Shown: positions 1 to 8,321 of the stretch, in pieces | Layout of the letters: every line of letters begins with the position of its first letter | Numbering within the stretch: the first letter of the stretch is position 1 | Source: Candidatus Falkowbacteria bacterium CG10_big_fil_rev_8_21_14_0_10_37_14 | Lineage (GTDB): Bacteria; Patescibacteriota; Patescibacteriia; Patescibacteriales; Patescibacteriaceae | Direction of reading: 5' to 3' | NCBI GenBank assembly: GCA_002778705.1 | Contig: PFAM01000004.1 | Span: forward strand, 20,109-84,108 | DNA length: 64,000 nucleotides | Program-made: the position numbers and the translations under genes | Notes under the pieces: generated by a model | Told to the model about the DNA's origin: nothing | The model's database searches: none | Seen by the model: only the letters and a program-made list of their open reading frames with translations

Positions 1-586
1 ACGATGAACTCCAGAATCTCCTTTTAAGTGACCAAAACTGTAACGACCTTTGATTTTTAATTGAACGCTTTTAATCCCAGCTTCATTACCGAGTGTCCGA
101 TCAAGAATCTCAGCTGACCAGCCTTTTTTCTCAGCATAGCGTAAATACATGCGTTCCAGCATCTGCGCCCAGTCTTGAGCTTCCACACCACCAGTACCGG
201 CATGAATGGCTAAAAAAGCATCATTGACATCATACTCACCACTAAACAACAAGGCAAATTCTAATTTATCATATCGGGCGGTCAATAAACGTAAATGCTC
301 TTCTAAATCAGCCCTCCAAGACTCATCAGAATTAACTTCCGTGGCTAAAGCTACTAAATCCTCGGTTTCTTGTTTTAGCTCGTCCCAAATCAAAACTTCA
401 CGACGTAATTCTTCCAGTTCACGTCCAATCTCGGCAGCTTTAGTTAAATCAGACCAAAAATCCGAAGCACCAGAAAACTCGGTTAATTCCAACATCCGCG
501 CGCGTTTGGTTGGTAGATCAAAGTAAGCTCTCAGCTCGCCGTCCGCGATCTAAGAGCAATTCCAATTGTTGTAAGTAATTATCCAT
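1..586 (-). CDS. prfB: Peptide chain release factor 2, N-terminal part (3' end outside window); needs a programmed +1 frameshift
   Basis: Minus-strand translation reads ...FDLPTKRARMLELTEFSGASDFWSD...DAFLAIHAGTGGVEAQDWAQMLERMYLRYAEKKGW...GDSGVHR, an RF2-type sequence. ATG at 586 opens a 22-codon frame ending CTT TGA (518-523), and the RF2 body continues in the +1 frame to position 1. It is absent from the ORF track because the body has no in-frame start. Confidence 0.85.
518..523 (-). promoter_or_regulatory. prfB: prfB autoregulatory +1 frameshift site CUU UGA
   Basis: Minus strand reads ...AGC TTA CTT TGA TCT ACC. Skipping the U of UGA gives GAT CTA CCA ACC AAA CGC = DLPTKR, which continues into RF2 sequence. 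Confidence 0.8.
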
Positions 587-592
587 AAAAAA

Positions 593-1516
593 TTATTTTT
601 TATAATGTTTTCTTTTCCAATGTACCATAGACAAGGCAAGGAAAATGGTCAAGCCCACAAAGGATAAAACCGGTGCCAGCCACCAACCAAAATCAGCGCC
701 AAAACTTTCGGCAATCATAATGATACTTAAAAATAAAATAGAAAACAAAGCTCCATTTTTTAAAAAAGTCCAGCGCGTCAGCCAGGGCAGACCCTGCACC
801 GTTAATTGTCTAACAACCAAGGCTCCTAAACCACTGCCTACTATAATCAAAGGCAAATTCATAGTAAAAGCAAATGAACCAATTATACCATCTAAAACAA
901 AAGCCGCATCTAAGACTTCTAAATAAACTAATTTAGACCAAACTCCCAGTTTAGCTTTTTTTAAATGCGTGCCAGTCCAATAAGCACCCCGTTTTAAACC
1001 ATCGGCTATAAAAAATACTCCGAAACCAATTAAGGCTGAAATGGTTAACTGTAAATTAACTAAAGAAGTTGTCCAGAGTAATAGACCTCCTAAAACTAAA
1101 ACTAAAAAATAAAATAAAAAGTGATATTTTTTAGTAAAACGACCGACTAAAAAATTAAAACGTTTTTCTTCGGTTAAAAACCAAGACCAAAAAATTAAAT
1201 GTAAATAAACTCCGCCAGCCATTAACAACCAAGCCCTGGACTCCATTAGCGAAGCTGTTAGAGCTGAACTTTGATTAAAAATAGCTAAAAAAACTTGCCA
1301 CCAAGACAGAGCGGGATTAGCCGACCAAATCAGAAAAAAAGGAAAAGAGCCACGCACCACTATAATAGAAAAAAGTAACCCCCAAAACAGAAAAAATCGC
1401 CGATATTTTTTAGGTAAATCGGTTAAAATTTTGGCATTAAGAACAGCGTTGTCAATACTACAAGCTATCTCTAACAAGGCCAAACCAAAGATAATTAATC
1501 CGGTTTGCCACCACAT
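593..1516 (-). CDS. TerC/DUF475-type integral membrane protein
   Basis: 307-aa ORF with many hydrophobic helices. The N-terminal LLEIACSIDNAVLNA motif resembles TerC-family membrane proteins. Confidence 0.55.
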   Translation of the reverse strand: MWWQTGLIIFGLALLEIACSIDNAVLNAKILTDLPKKYRRFFLFWGLLFSIIVVRGSFPFFLIWSANPALSWWQVFLAIFNQSSALTASLMESRAWLLMAGGVYLHLIFWSWFLTEEKRFNFLVGRFTKKYHFLFYFLVLVLGGLLLWTTSLVNLQLTISALIGFGVFFIADGLKRGAYWTGTHLKKAKLGVWSKLVYLEVLDAAFVLDGIIGSFAFTMNLPLIIVGSGLGALVVRQLTVQGLPWLTRWTFLKNGALFSILFLSIIMIAESFGADFGWWLAPVLSFVGLTIFLALSMVHWKRKHYKK

Positions 1517-1525
1517 ATTTTAAAT

Positions 1526-1726
1526 TTAAGACATCTTGTGAATAATGTAGGTTATCACTGAACCGACAGTTAAACCAGAAGTTAGAGAAGCAAGAATTAC
1601 TAAAAATAAAGAGCCACCGTTTTCTAGATACACAATCATTTGAAAAGACACTAACACTGAAACCAGAGTCATGATCATGCCGACAGACAGTCCGGCTGCA
1701 TATATGTAACGCCGTGATGTTTTCAT
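1526..1726 (-). CDS. Small membrane protein, unknown function
   Basis: 66-aa ORF with two hydrophobic helices. It lies 9 nt upstream of the TerC-like gene and 4 nt downstream of gap. Confidence 0.45.
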   Translation of the reverse strand: MKTSRRYIYAAGLSVGMIMTLVSVLVSFQMIVYLENGGSLFLVILASLTSGLTVGSVITYIIHKMS

Positions 1727-1730
1727 AAAA

Positions 1731-2741
1731 TTATAGCAATTTTTTCTTGCCGATATATTCGCAGAAATCCGCTAAACGACTAGAATAGCCCCATTCATTA
1801 TCATACCAAGAAACCACTTTAACCAAATCCCCGTCTACCACTTTAGTTAAAGCCAAATCCACGATAGAGCTAGCTGGATTGCCAACGATATCCTTAGACA
1901 CAACCGGCTCATTAATCACTGTTAAAATATTTTTAAGACGTGGGGTTTTAGAGGCTTTAATTAAGGCATTGTTAATTTCTTCAGCGGTAGCGTTTTTAGC
2001 AATCAAGAAAGTCATATCACTAATAGAGCCGACTGGCACAGGTACACGCAGAGCTAAGCCGTCAAACTTGCCTTTAAGCTGAGGAATAGTTTCGGTGACA
2101 GCCACGGCTGCTCCGGTGGTGGTTGGGATAATACTTAAACCAGCACCGCGCGCGCGACGTAAATCTTTATGCGGGCCATCAACTAAGTTTTGATCAGCGG
2201 TATAAGCATGCACGGTGCTCATAATAGCTTTTTTGATACCAAAAGTAGCGCGGATAACCTCAGTCACCGGTGCTAAACAATTAGTAGTACAAGAGGCCAT
2301 AGAAACAACAGTGTCTTTTTTCGTTAATTTTTCTTCATTAACTCCGAGTACAAAAGTTTTAACATCACCGCCTTTAGCCGGTGCCGTAATAATCACTTTT
2401 TTGGCTCCAGCGGTTAGATGCATAGCGGCTTTATCACGCTCAGTAAAAATACCGGTGGACTCCACTACAATATCCACCTTTAATTGTTTCCAAGGCAAAG
2501 TGGACGGATCTTTAATAGCTAAAACAGGATATTTAACACCGTTAACAATCAGCGCGTCAGCCGTGGCTTTAACAGTACCGTCAAATTGACCATAACAACT
2601 ATCGTATTTAAATAAATGAGCGATGGTGGCGGTATCAGTTAAATCATTGATAGCTACCACGCGGATAGACTTTTTAGCCAACAGGGCTTTGAAGGTGGCT
2701 CGGCCGATGCGACCAAAACCGTTAATAGCAACATTAATCAT
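1731..2741 (-). CDS. gap: Type I glyceraldehyde-3-phosphate dehydrogenase
   Basis: MINVAINGFGRIGR Rossmann start, catalytic SCTTNCLAP, and WYDNEWGYS near the C-terminus. ATG 2741 is preferred over the track start at 2801. Confidence 0.95.
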   Translation of the reverse strand: MINVAINGFGRIGRATFKALLAKKSIRVVAINDLTDTATIAHLFKYDSCYGQFDGTVKATADALIVNGVKYPVLAIKDPSTLPWKQLKVDIVVESTGIFTERDKAAMHLTAGAKKVIITAPAKGGDVKTFVLGVNEEKLTKKDTVVSMASCTTNCLAPVTEVIRATFGIKKAIMSTVHAYTADQNLVDGPHKDLRRARGAGLSIIPTTTGAAVAVTETIPQLKGKFDGLALRVPVPVGSISDMTFLIAKNATAEEINNALIKASKTPRLKNILTVINEPVVSKDIVGNPASSIVDLALTKVVDGDLVKVVSWYDNEWGYSSRLADFCEYIGKKKLL

Positions 2742-2832
2742 ATAGTTTGTAAATTTTACCCTTGCGAAAGCGAGGGTCTCTCCACAAACAAATAATAACA
2801 TGTTTTAAAACAAGAAGCAATTACTTGGATGT

Positions 2833-3925
2833 TTATGGCTTGGTAGCGTTATAGAGAGCTGAAACCTCAGTAGATGATAAAGCGCGATTATAGATACGAA
2901 GATCACTAAAAACACTGTTATCAAAAGCTGCTGCCCCCCAAGCCCCTAATCGTAACGAATTAAATGTAGGTATCGTACCACTAAAATTTAAACTACTTTT
3001 ATAAGATTCGTCTAAATAAGACTCCGCTTTAGATCCGGTAACGACCATAACATAATGATGCCAATTGTTTTCTAAAACATTTTGTAATGTAATAAAATTA
3101 ATTTGACCACCAGTCCCAGCAAGATCAATAGCATGATAAAGGTGGGTTGCATCCTGTCTCCATATAGCCAATTGTTTTGATGCTATAGTTCCGTAAGTTA
3201 ACCAACCAGTGTAATGACTAAGATACGGCCCCGGCTTCACCCAAAAAGACACAGTAATGTAATTATTAAAATTACCAGTGGAATTAATGAATAAATCAAT
3301 ATAATTATTAACCCCATTAAATTCATAAGCTCCACTAGCTTCGCCAAAACGGCCAGTACTAGTAACAATAGTTGATGTGCCCATTGTTAAAGCACCATTG
3401 TTACCACCACCGCTCAAATCTTTAGTACCAGTGACTCCATCAAGCATCCACCAACCAACTAAACCATTGGTGGGGCCGAGATCTCTGGCTTGCCCACCCT
3501 TTTCCATTTTTCTCGATCCGGCTGGAACATCGCCAACAGCCTTAGACAAGCAACCGATTAAAGAATAATTATCATTGCCGGCGGAGTATTGATATTCTAA
3601 ATCAGCACAAGCGCCTTCAGCTCTTGGCGTTGGGTTATTTGGCACTTTAGCCATGTAAGTTTTAGAACCGTCAGCCGAAACCAATGGTTGACCAGGGGTA
3701 ATGATATTTGGGTAAGCAGTATAATCAGCATAATACATCTCTAGAGCGGTAGAGATTTGCTTCATATCTGAAATTCTTTTAGCATCGCGGGCTCTAGTGC
3801 GAGCACCGTTAACAGCCACGGTCGCTAAAGTCGCCAAGACGCCGATAATAACGATGACAACTAATAATTCAATTAATGTAAACCCTCGTCGTGTGAGGGG
3901 GGGCTTTGTGAGTCATATTAGACAT
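2833..3925 (-). CDS. Prepilin-type N-terminal domain protein with C-terminal LamG/concanavalin-like domain (paralogue 1); frame interrupted at a C7 tract
   Basis: In-frame RRGFTLIELLVVIVIIGVLATLATVAVNG prepilin helix. The C-terminus ...LRIYNRALSSTEVSALYNA is typical of Laminin_G_3 domains. The only upstream ATGs (3925, 3916) are one nucleotide out of frame across the C7 run at 3897-3903. No ATG/GTG/TTG precedes TTG 3837 in the pilin frame. Confidence 0.7.
3897..3903 (-). repeat. C7 homopolymer in the 5' coding region of pilin-LamG paralogue 1
   Basis: Plus strand shows ggggggg. C6 or C9 would fuse ATG 3925 to the pilin frame, giving MSNMTHKAPLTRRGFTLIELL. Confidence 0.9.
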
Positions 3926-3933
3926 ATGAGATT

Positions 3934-3962
3934 ATTATAGCACGGATGAATGGGGGGGCAAA
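3934..3962 (-). promoter_or_regulatory. Candidate sigma70-type promoter of pilin-LamG paralogue 1 (TTGCCC-N16-TATAAT, TGC-extended -10)
   Basis: Minus strand reads TTTGCCCCCCCATTCATCCGTGCTATAATAATCTCATATG. The -10 lies 8 nt from the ATG. Confidence 0.45.
3952..3958 (-). repeat. C7 homopolymer inside the -35/-10 spacer of the same promoter
   Basis: Plus strand shows ggggggg at 3952-3958. Confidence 0.9.
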
Positions 3963-3969
3963 TAGCGTT

Positions 3970-4305
3970 TTATTTTAACAATTTTTTTATAGCTTTTTTC
4001 AGTTCCGGCAAATTATTCTGAATATATTTCCAAACTTCATCGGCGTCCACATCAAAATATTAATGTATTAAAAAATTTCTAGCATCGGTAATGTCTTACC
4101 AAACTATTTCAGGATGCATTTTTTTATATTGCTCTGAAATATTTTTAGAAGCTTCGCCCATTATTTCAAACCTTCTAACTACGGCATCAATCAAATATGG
4201 AGTATTTACAAAAAACTTTCTATCGTATTTTTTAAGATATTTTTCTACCAGTATAATACTGTCTAAAATGTGCTCAAGATAAACCCTGTCTAGTTTTTTA
4301 GCCAT
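3970..4305 (-). pseudogene. HEPN (DUF86) toxin gene with two in-frame TAA stops
   Basis: Translation: MAKKLDRVYLEHILDSIILVEKYL...HPEIVW*DITDARNFLIH*YFDVDADEVWKYIQNNLPELKKAIKKLLK*. It is colinear with the intact paralogue at 63418-63750 (...IPWRNIAGMRDIVIHEYFDVDLNHAWE...). The stops are at 4096-4098 and 4060-4062. Confidence 0.8.
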
Positions 4306-4591
4306 AGATTTTAATCAAGTCATTTTCTACATATTTTTTAACTCGCTTATTTAAACTCTTGAAAGTCCCTAGATCCACAACCCGCTTGGTCACGACTTCC
4401 AAATCTCGTTTTAAATTAACCATAGCTAAAAGGCCACCGGCATTTTTTTTAAATTCTATTAATAAATCAATGTCGCTATTTTTTTTATAATCACCTCTAG
4501 CATAGGAACCAAAAACAGCAGATTTTTTTACATCATATCTACTTAAAATCGGAGCACTATCTTGCTTTAATTTTTCAATTCGTTTATCCAT
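4298..4591 (-). CDS. Minimal nucleotidyltransferase (MNT) antitoxin-type protein
   Basis: FGSYARGDYKKNSDIDLLIEF (GSxxRG...DxD) motif. It overlaps the HEPN gene by 8 nt. ATG 4591 (MDKRIEKL) is the preferred start. Confidence 0.8.
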   Translation of the reverse strand: MDKRIEKLKQDSAPILSRYDVKKSAVFGSYARGDYKKNSDIDLLIEFKKNAGGLLAMVNLKRDLEVVTKRVVDLGTFKSLNKRVKKYVENDLIKIYG

Positions 4592-4646
4592 AAAGCAATT
4601 ATAGCAGAAGTTACAGGAAACAACAAACAATATGGCTATCACCCGT

Positions 4647-5600
4647 TTATTTTACTTTACTAAGCAAGGTTTTTAGATTCTTTGGTATGTCTCGCTCAAA
4701 ACGCTGGGGCTCGCCATTTAAATCAGTAAAGCCTAAAACACAAGAGGCTAGAAAAACTCGACCCAAGGCCAGTTTGGCGTCTTGGCGTCTAGTGGTAGCG
4801 GTACCATAAATACTATCCCCCACCACTGGGTGACCATAGGCCGCCAAGTGAGCACGAATTTGATGAGTACGACCAGTTTTCAATAAAACCTCCAAAAAAG
4901 TATAGTTAATAAATCTTTGTAACACGGTAAACTCAGAAATAGCAATTTTACTAGTTTCATCACCAAAAGGCTTAGCGGCCATTTTAGAGCCATCGGTACT
5001 TCTAACCAAAGGAAAATTAATCACATCACTGTCTTTGATAATAGCGCCGTGCACCAAGGCTTGATAACGCTTTTCCACTAAGCGTTTTTTAAATTGTCTT
5101 TTTAAATCGGCAAAACTATCTTCGGTTAAAGCCATGACAATTACGCCAGAAACTTGTTTGTCCAAACGATGAACAATACCAGGGCGAGAAGGATCGTCGC
5201 CGATTTTAGAGGCCCCGGGGTAATGCTCCACCAACCAATCCACCAAAGCTGGATTACGTTCGGGTTCTTGGCCTGGCTTACAAATCGGATAATGAACAAT
5301 CATACCGGCCGGTTTTTCTACCACCACATAATCTTTAGTTTCAGCTAACACCACAACCTTATCACGCAAATCTAATCTAGGTCGTGCTACAAAATCTCTG
5401 GCGGTTTGACGCCACTCTGGGACCGTCACTTTTTGCCCTAAACGCAAAGCATAATGAACGGTAACTACAGCACCATCAACCTTAACCGTCCCAGCTTTAA
5501 TTAATTTGGCAACTTGAGAACGCGACCACTCAGGTGATAATTTAGTCAACCAAGAATCCAAACGATCACCAACACCAGTTTCATCTACAAAATAATCCAT
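4647..5600 (-). CDS. RluA/RluD-family pseudouridine synthase
   Basis: S4-like N-terminus, plus HRLDKQVSGVIVMA and GRTHQIRAHLA motifs. Confidence 0.85.
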   Translation of the reverse strand: MDYFVDETGVGDRLDSWLTKLSPEWSRSQVAKLIKAGTVKVDGAVVTVHYALRLGQKVTVPEWRQTARDFVARPRLDLRDKVVVLAETKDYVVVEKPAGMIVHYPICKPGQEPERNPALVDWLVEHYPGASKIGDDPSRPGIVHRLDKQVSGVIVMALTEDSFADLKRQFKKRLVEKRYQALVHGAIIKDSDVINFPLVRSTDGSKMAAKPFGDETSKIAISEFTVLQRFINYTFLEVLLKTGRTHQIRAHLAAYGHPVVGDSIYGTATTRRQDAKLALGRVFLASCVLGFTDLNGEPQRFERDIPKNLKTLLSKVK

Positions 5601-5606
5601 AAAATT

Positions 5607-6629
5607 CTAATTATCTAACAATATTTTTCGCCAATCGCTTTGAATATGCGACCATAATAAATCTTGCTTAACCAGATGACGACTGGCTTGGCCGTAATTA
5701 AAAAGTGTAGTTCTGTTGTCCGACCAGCGTTTTAAAATAGCTACCGCCTCTTCTGTTAATTGCCAATCAATTTTTTCACCATTGACTTCCGGCAATAAGA
5801 TATCACTAAAAGTAGGGTCAGATGGCAACAATAGCGACAAACATGAAGCAGCAGCTAGAATAGCGGCCGATAAATCATCAACGCCTGGTTGTTTATTAGC
5901 CGTCGTCCACAAATCTAAATCTTGAAACCAAGGTTGTAAATCACTGCGACTACCAACAAAACGAACATTAGCACCCAAATTTAATTTTTTAACCAACCAA
6001 AGCAATTGCTCTTTTTGTAATCCGTCACCAATTAAAACTACTGACAAATTAAGATTAATAGCTTTAGCAGAAACAATCACGGTAAAAAGTTTTTCTACTA
6101 ATTGATTTTCCGATAAATCGGCCTGAACACCAATCATTAAACCATCTCTTTTTAATAAGGTGGCAGCTGAACCAGAATCAGCTAAAACAGATGCTTCCAC
6201 TGGTAATGTTAACCAGGAAATATTTTCAACTGGCCAACCGATATTTACCAAAGCATCACACCAACCCTTACTAACACAAAAAACTTTAGGTTTGACTTTC
6301 CACGATACAGCTTTTAGGCCCTCACTCTCAATAATGTCAGGACTCAAAAGCCAGTGTAAATTGCAATTTAACTTAGCAGAAATTTCTGTTAATGTCGAGG
6401 CTTGGCACTTTCCAAATAATAGCCAGTTGGTAAAACCCTCTTTAGCTAATTGTTTTAAGCGCCAAGATAACTTAAAACGTATAGGCCAAGATTCTACGGG
6501 CCAGGCGGTATCATTAAAAAGACTGGGGCGATCAGAAATAATTAGTCCACCTTCAGGGCTAATTTTCTCTAAAAAAGGCAAATACACTTTGCAATTAAAA
6601 GTTGCACAATCTAAAATTAACAGCTTCAT
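5607..6629 (-). CDS. GT-B (family 1/4-like) glycosyltransferase-like protein
   Basis: The C-terminal half VLIGDGLQKEQLLWLVKKLNLGANVRFVGSRSDLQPWFQDLDLW resembles the GT4 donor-binding region. The N-terminal half is divergent. Confidence 0.5.
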   Translation of the reverse strand: MKLLILDCATFNCKVYLPFLEKISPEGGLIISDRPSLFNDTAWPVESWPIRFKLSWRLKQLAKEGFTNWLLFGKCQASTLTEISAKLNCNLHWLLSPDIIESEGLKAVSWKVKPKVFCVSKGWCDALVNIGWPVENISWLTLPVEASVLADSGSAATLLKRDGLMIGVQADLSENQLVEKLFTVIVSAKAINLNLSVVLIGDGLQKEQLLWLVKKLNLGANVRFVGSRSDLQPWFQDLDLWTTANKQPGVDDLSAAILAAASCLSLLLPSDPTFSDILLPEVNGEKIDWQLTEEAVAILKRWSDNRTTLFNYGQASRHLVKQDLLWSHIQSDWRKILLDN

Positions 6630-8086
6630 AATTGGTTAATACTTGGCCCATTTAAACGACGTCCAATTAAATTATTTAAATCTTGGCGGTTAACAACTCC
6701 AAAAGCCACTAAAGCCAAGATGTAAATAGTGGCACCTAAAGCAACAGCTAAAATTAGCCAACCAAACTGATTATTAATTATTGGTAACATAGCTAAGACA
6801 GCTGCTGACATTAAAGCGGTAGCAGAAATAATTCGTAGTACTACATTCCAATGTAAATTAACACCGCCGAGACGCCTTAGAGCTAAAGCCGAGCCAAGTG
6901 CCATAGCAGTCTCGCTATAGACTGTGGCCCAAGCTGCTCCCAAATAACCGTAATTGACAATTAAAAAATAATACAAAGGCAAAGCTGTAACAGCAGTAAA
7001 AATGTAATACGGGATTAAACGTTTTTGTTGTTCACGACTAATCATTAAGTGTGTGAAAAAACAACTTATAAAAACTGCTAAAACGGCCAACATTAAGACT
7101 TGTAACACCCTCCCAGAAGCCGCAAAATCCGGTCCTGCCACCAGACGCATAATAGGACCAGCTAAAATGATACCTCCAACTGTTAAGGGGGCTGCCAAAG
7201 CTACGGTGTAATCAAAAAACTTTTGTTTTACAAGTAAATATTTTTCCTGATGACCAGATGACCAATGGCTTACAAGTAGTGGCAAAATTAAACCAGCAAA
7301 AACAAAAGGCAAACTAACTAAAACATCAATCACTTTATAAGCAGCCCCATATAAACCAACTTCTGCCTCACTACGTAGAAAAGATAAAATAATAATATCC
7401 GCTTTCAGATAAACCAAGTTTAGAACAATGGTAGTTAAAAGTGGCCAAGACAGGCTAATAATCTTACGCCAAACAATCAGATCAAAAGCCCATGATATTT
7501 TAGCTAAAGAACGTGACAAAAAATAATGGATCAAAAAGTTAACGGCATTAGCCAGCAACATTACCCAAAAAACACCATTTAAACCTAAATCAAAAACAAC
7601 CACTAACCAAGCACCTAAAGCTAACAAGGCACGACTAACAATTTCGGCGATAGCGATTCTCTCAGTGGTTAAGGTTTTTTGAAATAAGCTAACAAAAATC
7701 TGATTTAAGGCGACAAACCAAAAAGCACCAGACGCCAGCCAAACCCCCTGTCCTATCTCTGCATCATAAGGCAAAAGATAAGTAACCAGTGGAGCTAAGC
7801 CTATGATTAAAGTAGCTGAAACAACCCGAAAGGCAAAAAGATTAGACAAAAGCCTATTTTGATCTTGATGATGACGATTAATTAATTGACCAGCAACTAA
7901 GGTTAGGCCTAAGTCCGCCATAATAGCAAATAAAGATGCAATAGCAGCGGCCGTAGTATAACGACCAAAACCAGCACTACCTAAATAACGAGTAAACCAA
8001 GCTACGGCTAACAAACCAAAGGCAGTACCTACTATTTTACTAAAAAGCTGAACAATAGAATTATAAAAAATTTTTTGGCTAAGCAT
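6626..8086 (-). CDS. Polysaccharide/oligosaccharide flippase (MOP/Wzx-type)
   Basis: 486-aa polytopic membrane protein with an N-terminus FSKIVGTAFGLLAVAWFTRYLGSAGFGRYT typical of Wzx-like flippases. It overlaps the downstream GT gene by 4 nt. Confidence 0.75.
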   Translation of the reverse strand: MLSQKIFYNSIVQLFSKIVGTAFGLLAVAWFTRYLGSAGFGRYTTAAAIASLFAIMADLGLTLVAGQLINRHHQDQNRLLSNLFAFRVVSATLIIGLAPLVTYLLPYDAEIGQGVWLASGAFWFVALNQIFVSLFQKTLTTERIAIAEIVSRALLALGAWLVVVFDLGLNGVFWVMLLANAVNFLIHYFLSRSLAKISWAFDLIVWRKIISLSWPLLTTIVLNLVYLKADIIILSFLRSEAEVGLYGAAYKVIDVLVSLPFVFAGLILPLLVSHWSSGHQEKYLLVKQKFFDYTVALAAPLTVGGIILAGPIMRLVAGPDFAASGRVLQVLMLAVLAVFISCFFTHLMISREQQKRLIPYYIFTAVTALPLYYFLIVNYGYLGAAWATVYSETAMALGSALALRRLGGVNLHWNVVLRIISATALMSAAVLAMLPIINNQFGWLILAVALGATIYILALVAFGVVNRQDLNNLIGRRLNGPSINQL

Positions 8087-8261
8087 CTAAGAGTGTTAAA
8101 TAATAAATGTTATTGGCCCCAGGGTAGAGCCCTGGACCCAACCGCTATTACAGAAAGGCATCATAGCAGAGCTATGAGGTATTAAACCCTATAATGCCTG
8201 CGTCGCTCGAAAGATAAAATGTTTTACATTTTATCTTCACTCGCTATCCTCGGCAATAAAA

Positions 8262-8291
8262 TTGACCTAGCGTGGCTGTGAATGCTATAAT
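8262..8291 (+). promoter_or_regulatory. Candidate promoter TTGACC-N18-(TGC)TATAAT
   Basis: TTGACC at 8262-8267 and TATAAT at 8286-8291, 30 nt upstream of ATG 8322. Confidence 0.45.
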
Positions 8292-8321
8292 TAATAAATA
8301 AGATTTATTATAACAGAACTT

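Noticed and set aside
206-526. 106-aa plus-strand ORF in the track
   Set aside because: It lies entirely antisense to the RF2 coding sequence, which has clear family signatures. Its Ser/Lys-rich translation looks like an antisense artefact.
2753-2765. GGGTAAAAT boxes as Shine-Dalgarno sequences
   Set aside because: The G-rich part lies 14-17 nt or more from the start codons, too far for SD function. The TAAAAT part matches a -10 hexamer better.
2742-2801. Upstream extensions of track ORFs (starts at 2801, 4642, 13129, 15440, 18463, 27753, 31502, 32364, 32785, 37857, 42984, 56276)
   Set aside because: The extensions add non-homologous residues ahead of canonical family N-termini. They also run through predicted terminators, promoters, the T-box leader or repeat elements. 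Internal ATGs give the expected N-termini.
2833-3440. Diversity-generating retroelement as the cause of LamG-domain divergence between the two pilin paralogues
   Set aside because: There is no reverse transcriptase and no template-repeat copy of the variable region in the window. The differences are not confined to adenine-templated positions as far as I can see. The nearby four-helix-bundle (Avd-like family) genes are decayed and not adjacent.
6160-6639. 159-aa plus-strand ORF. Similar long antisense ORFs occur at 645-926, 2215-2589, 10990-11274, 24270-24581, 34787-35074, 42248-42583, 51140-51406 and 57640-57912.
   Set aside because: Each is embedded antisense in, or out of frame with, a gene that has strong motif support. 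Their compositions are low-complexity and no family signatures are visible.
8211-8237. The 12-bp perfect inverted repeat as a transcription terminator
   Set aside because: No T-run follows it on either strand, and it lies between divergently transcribed genes. An operator-like role is more plausible, and it is reported as a low-interest finding.
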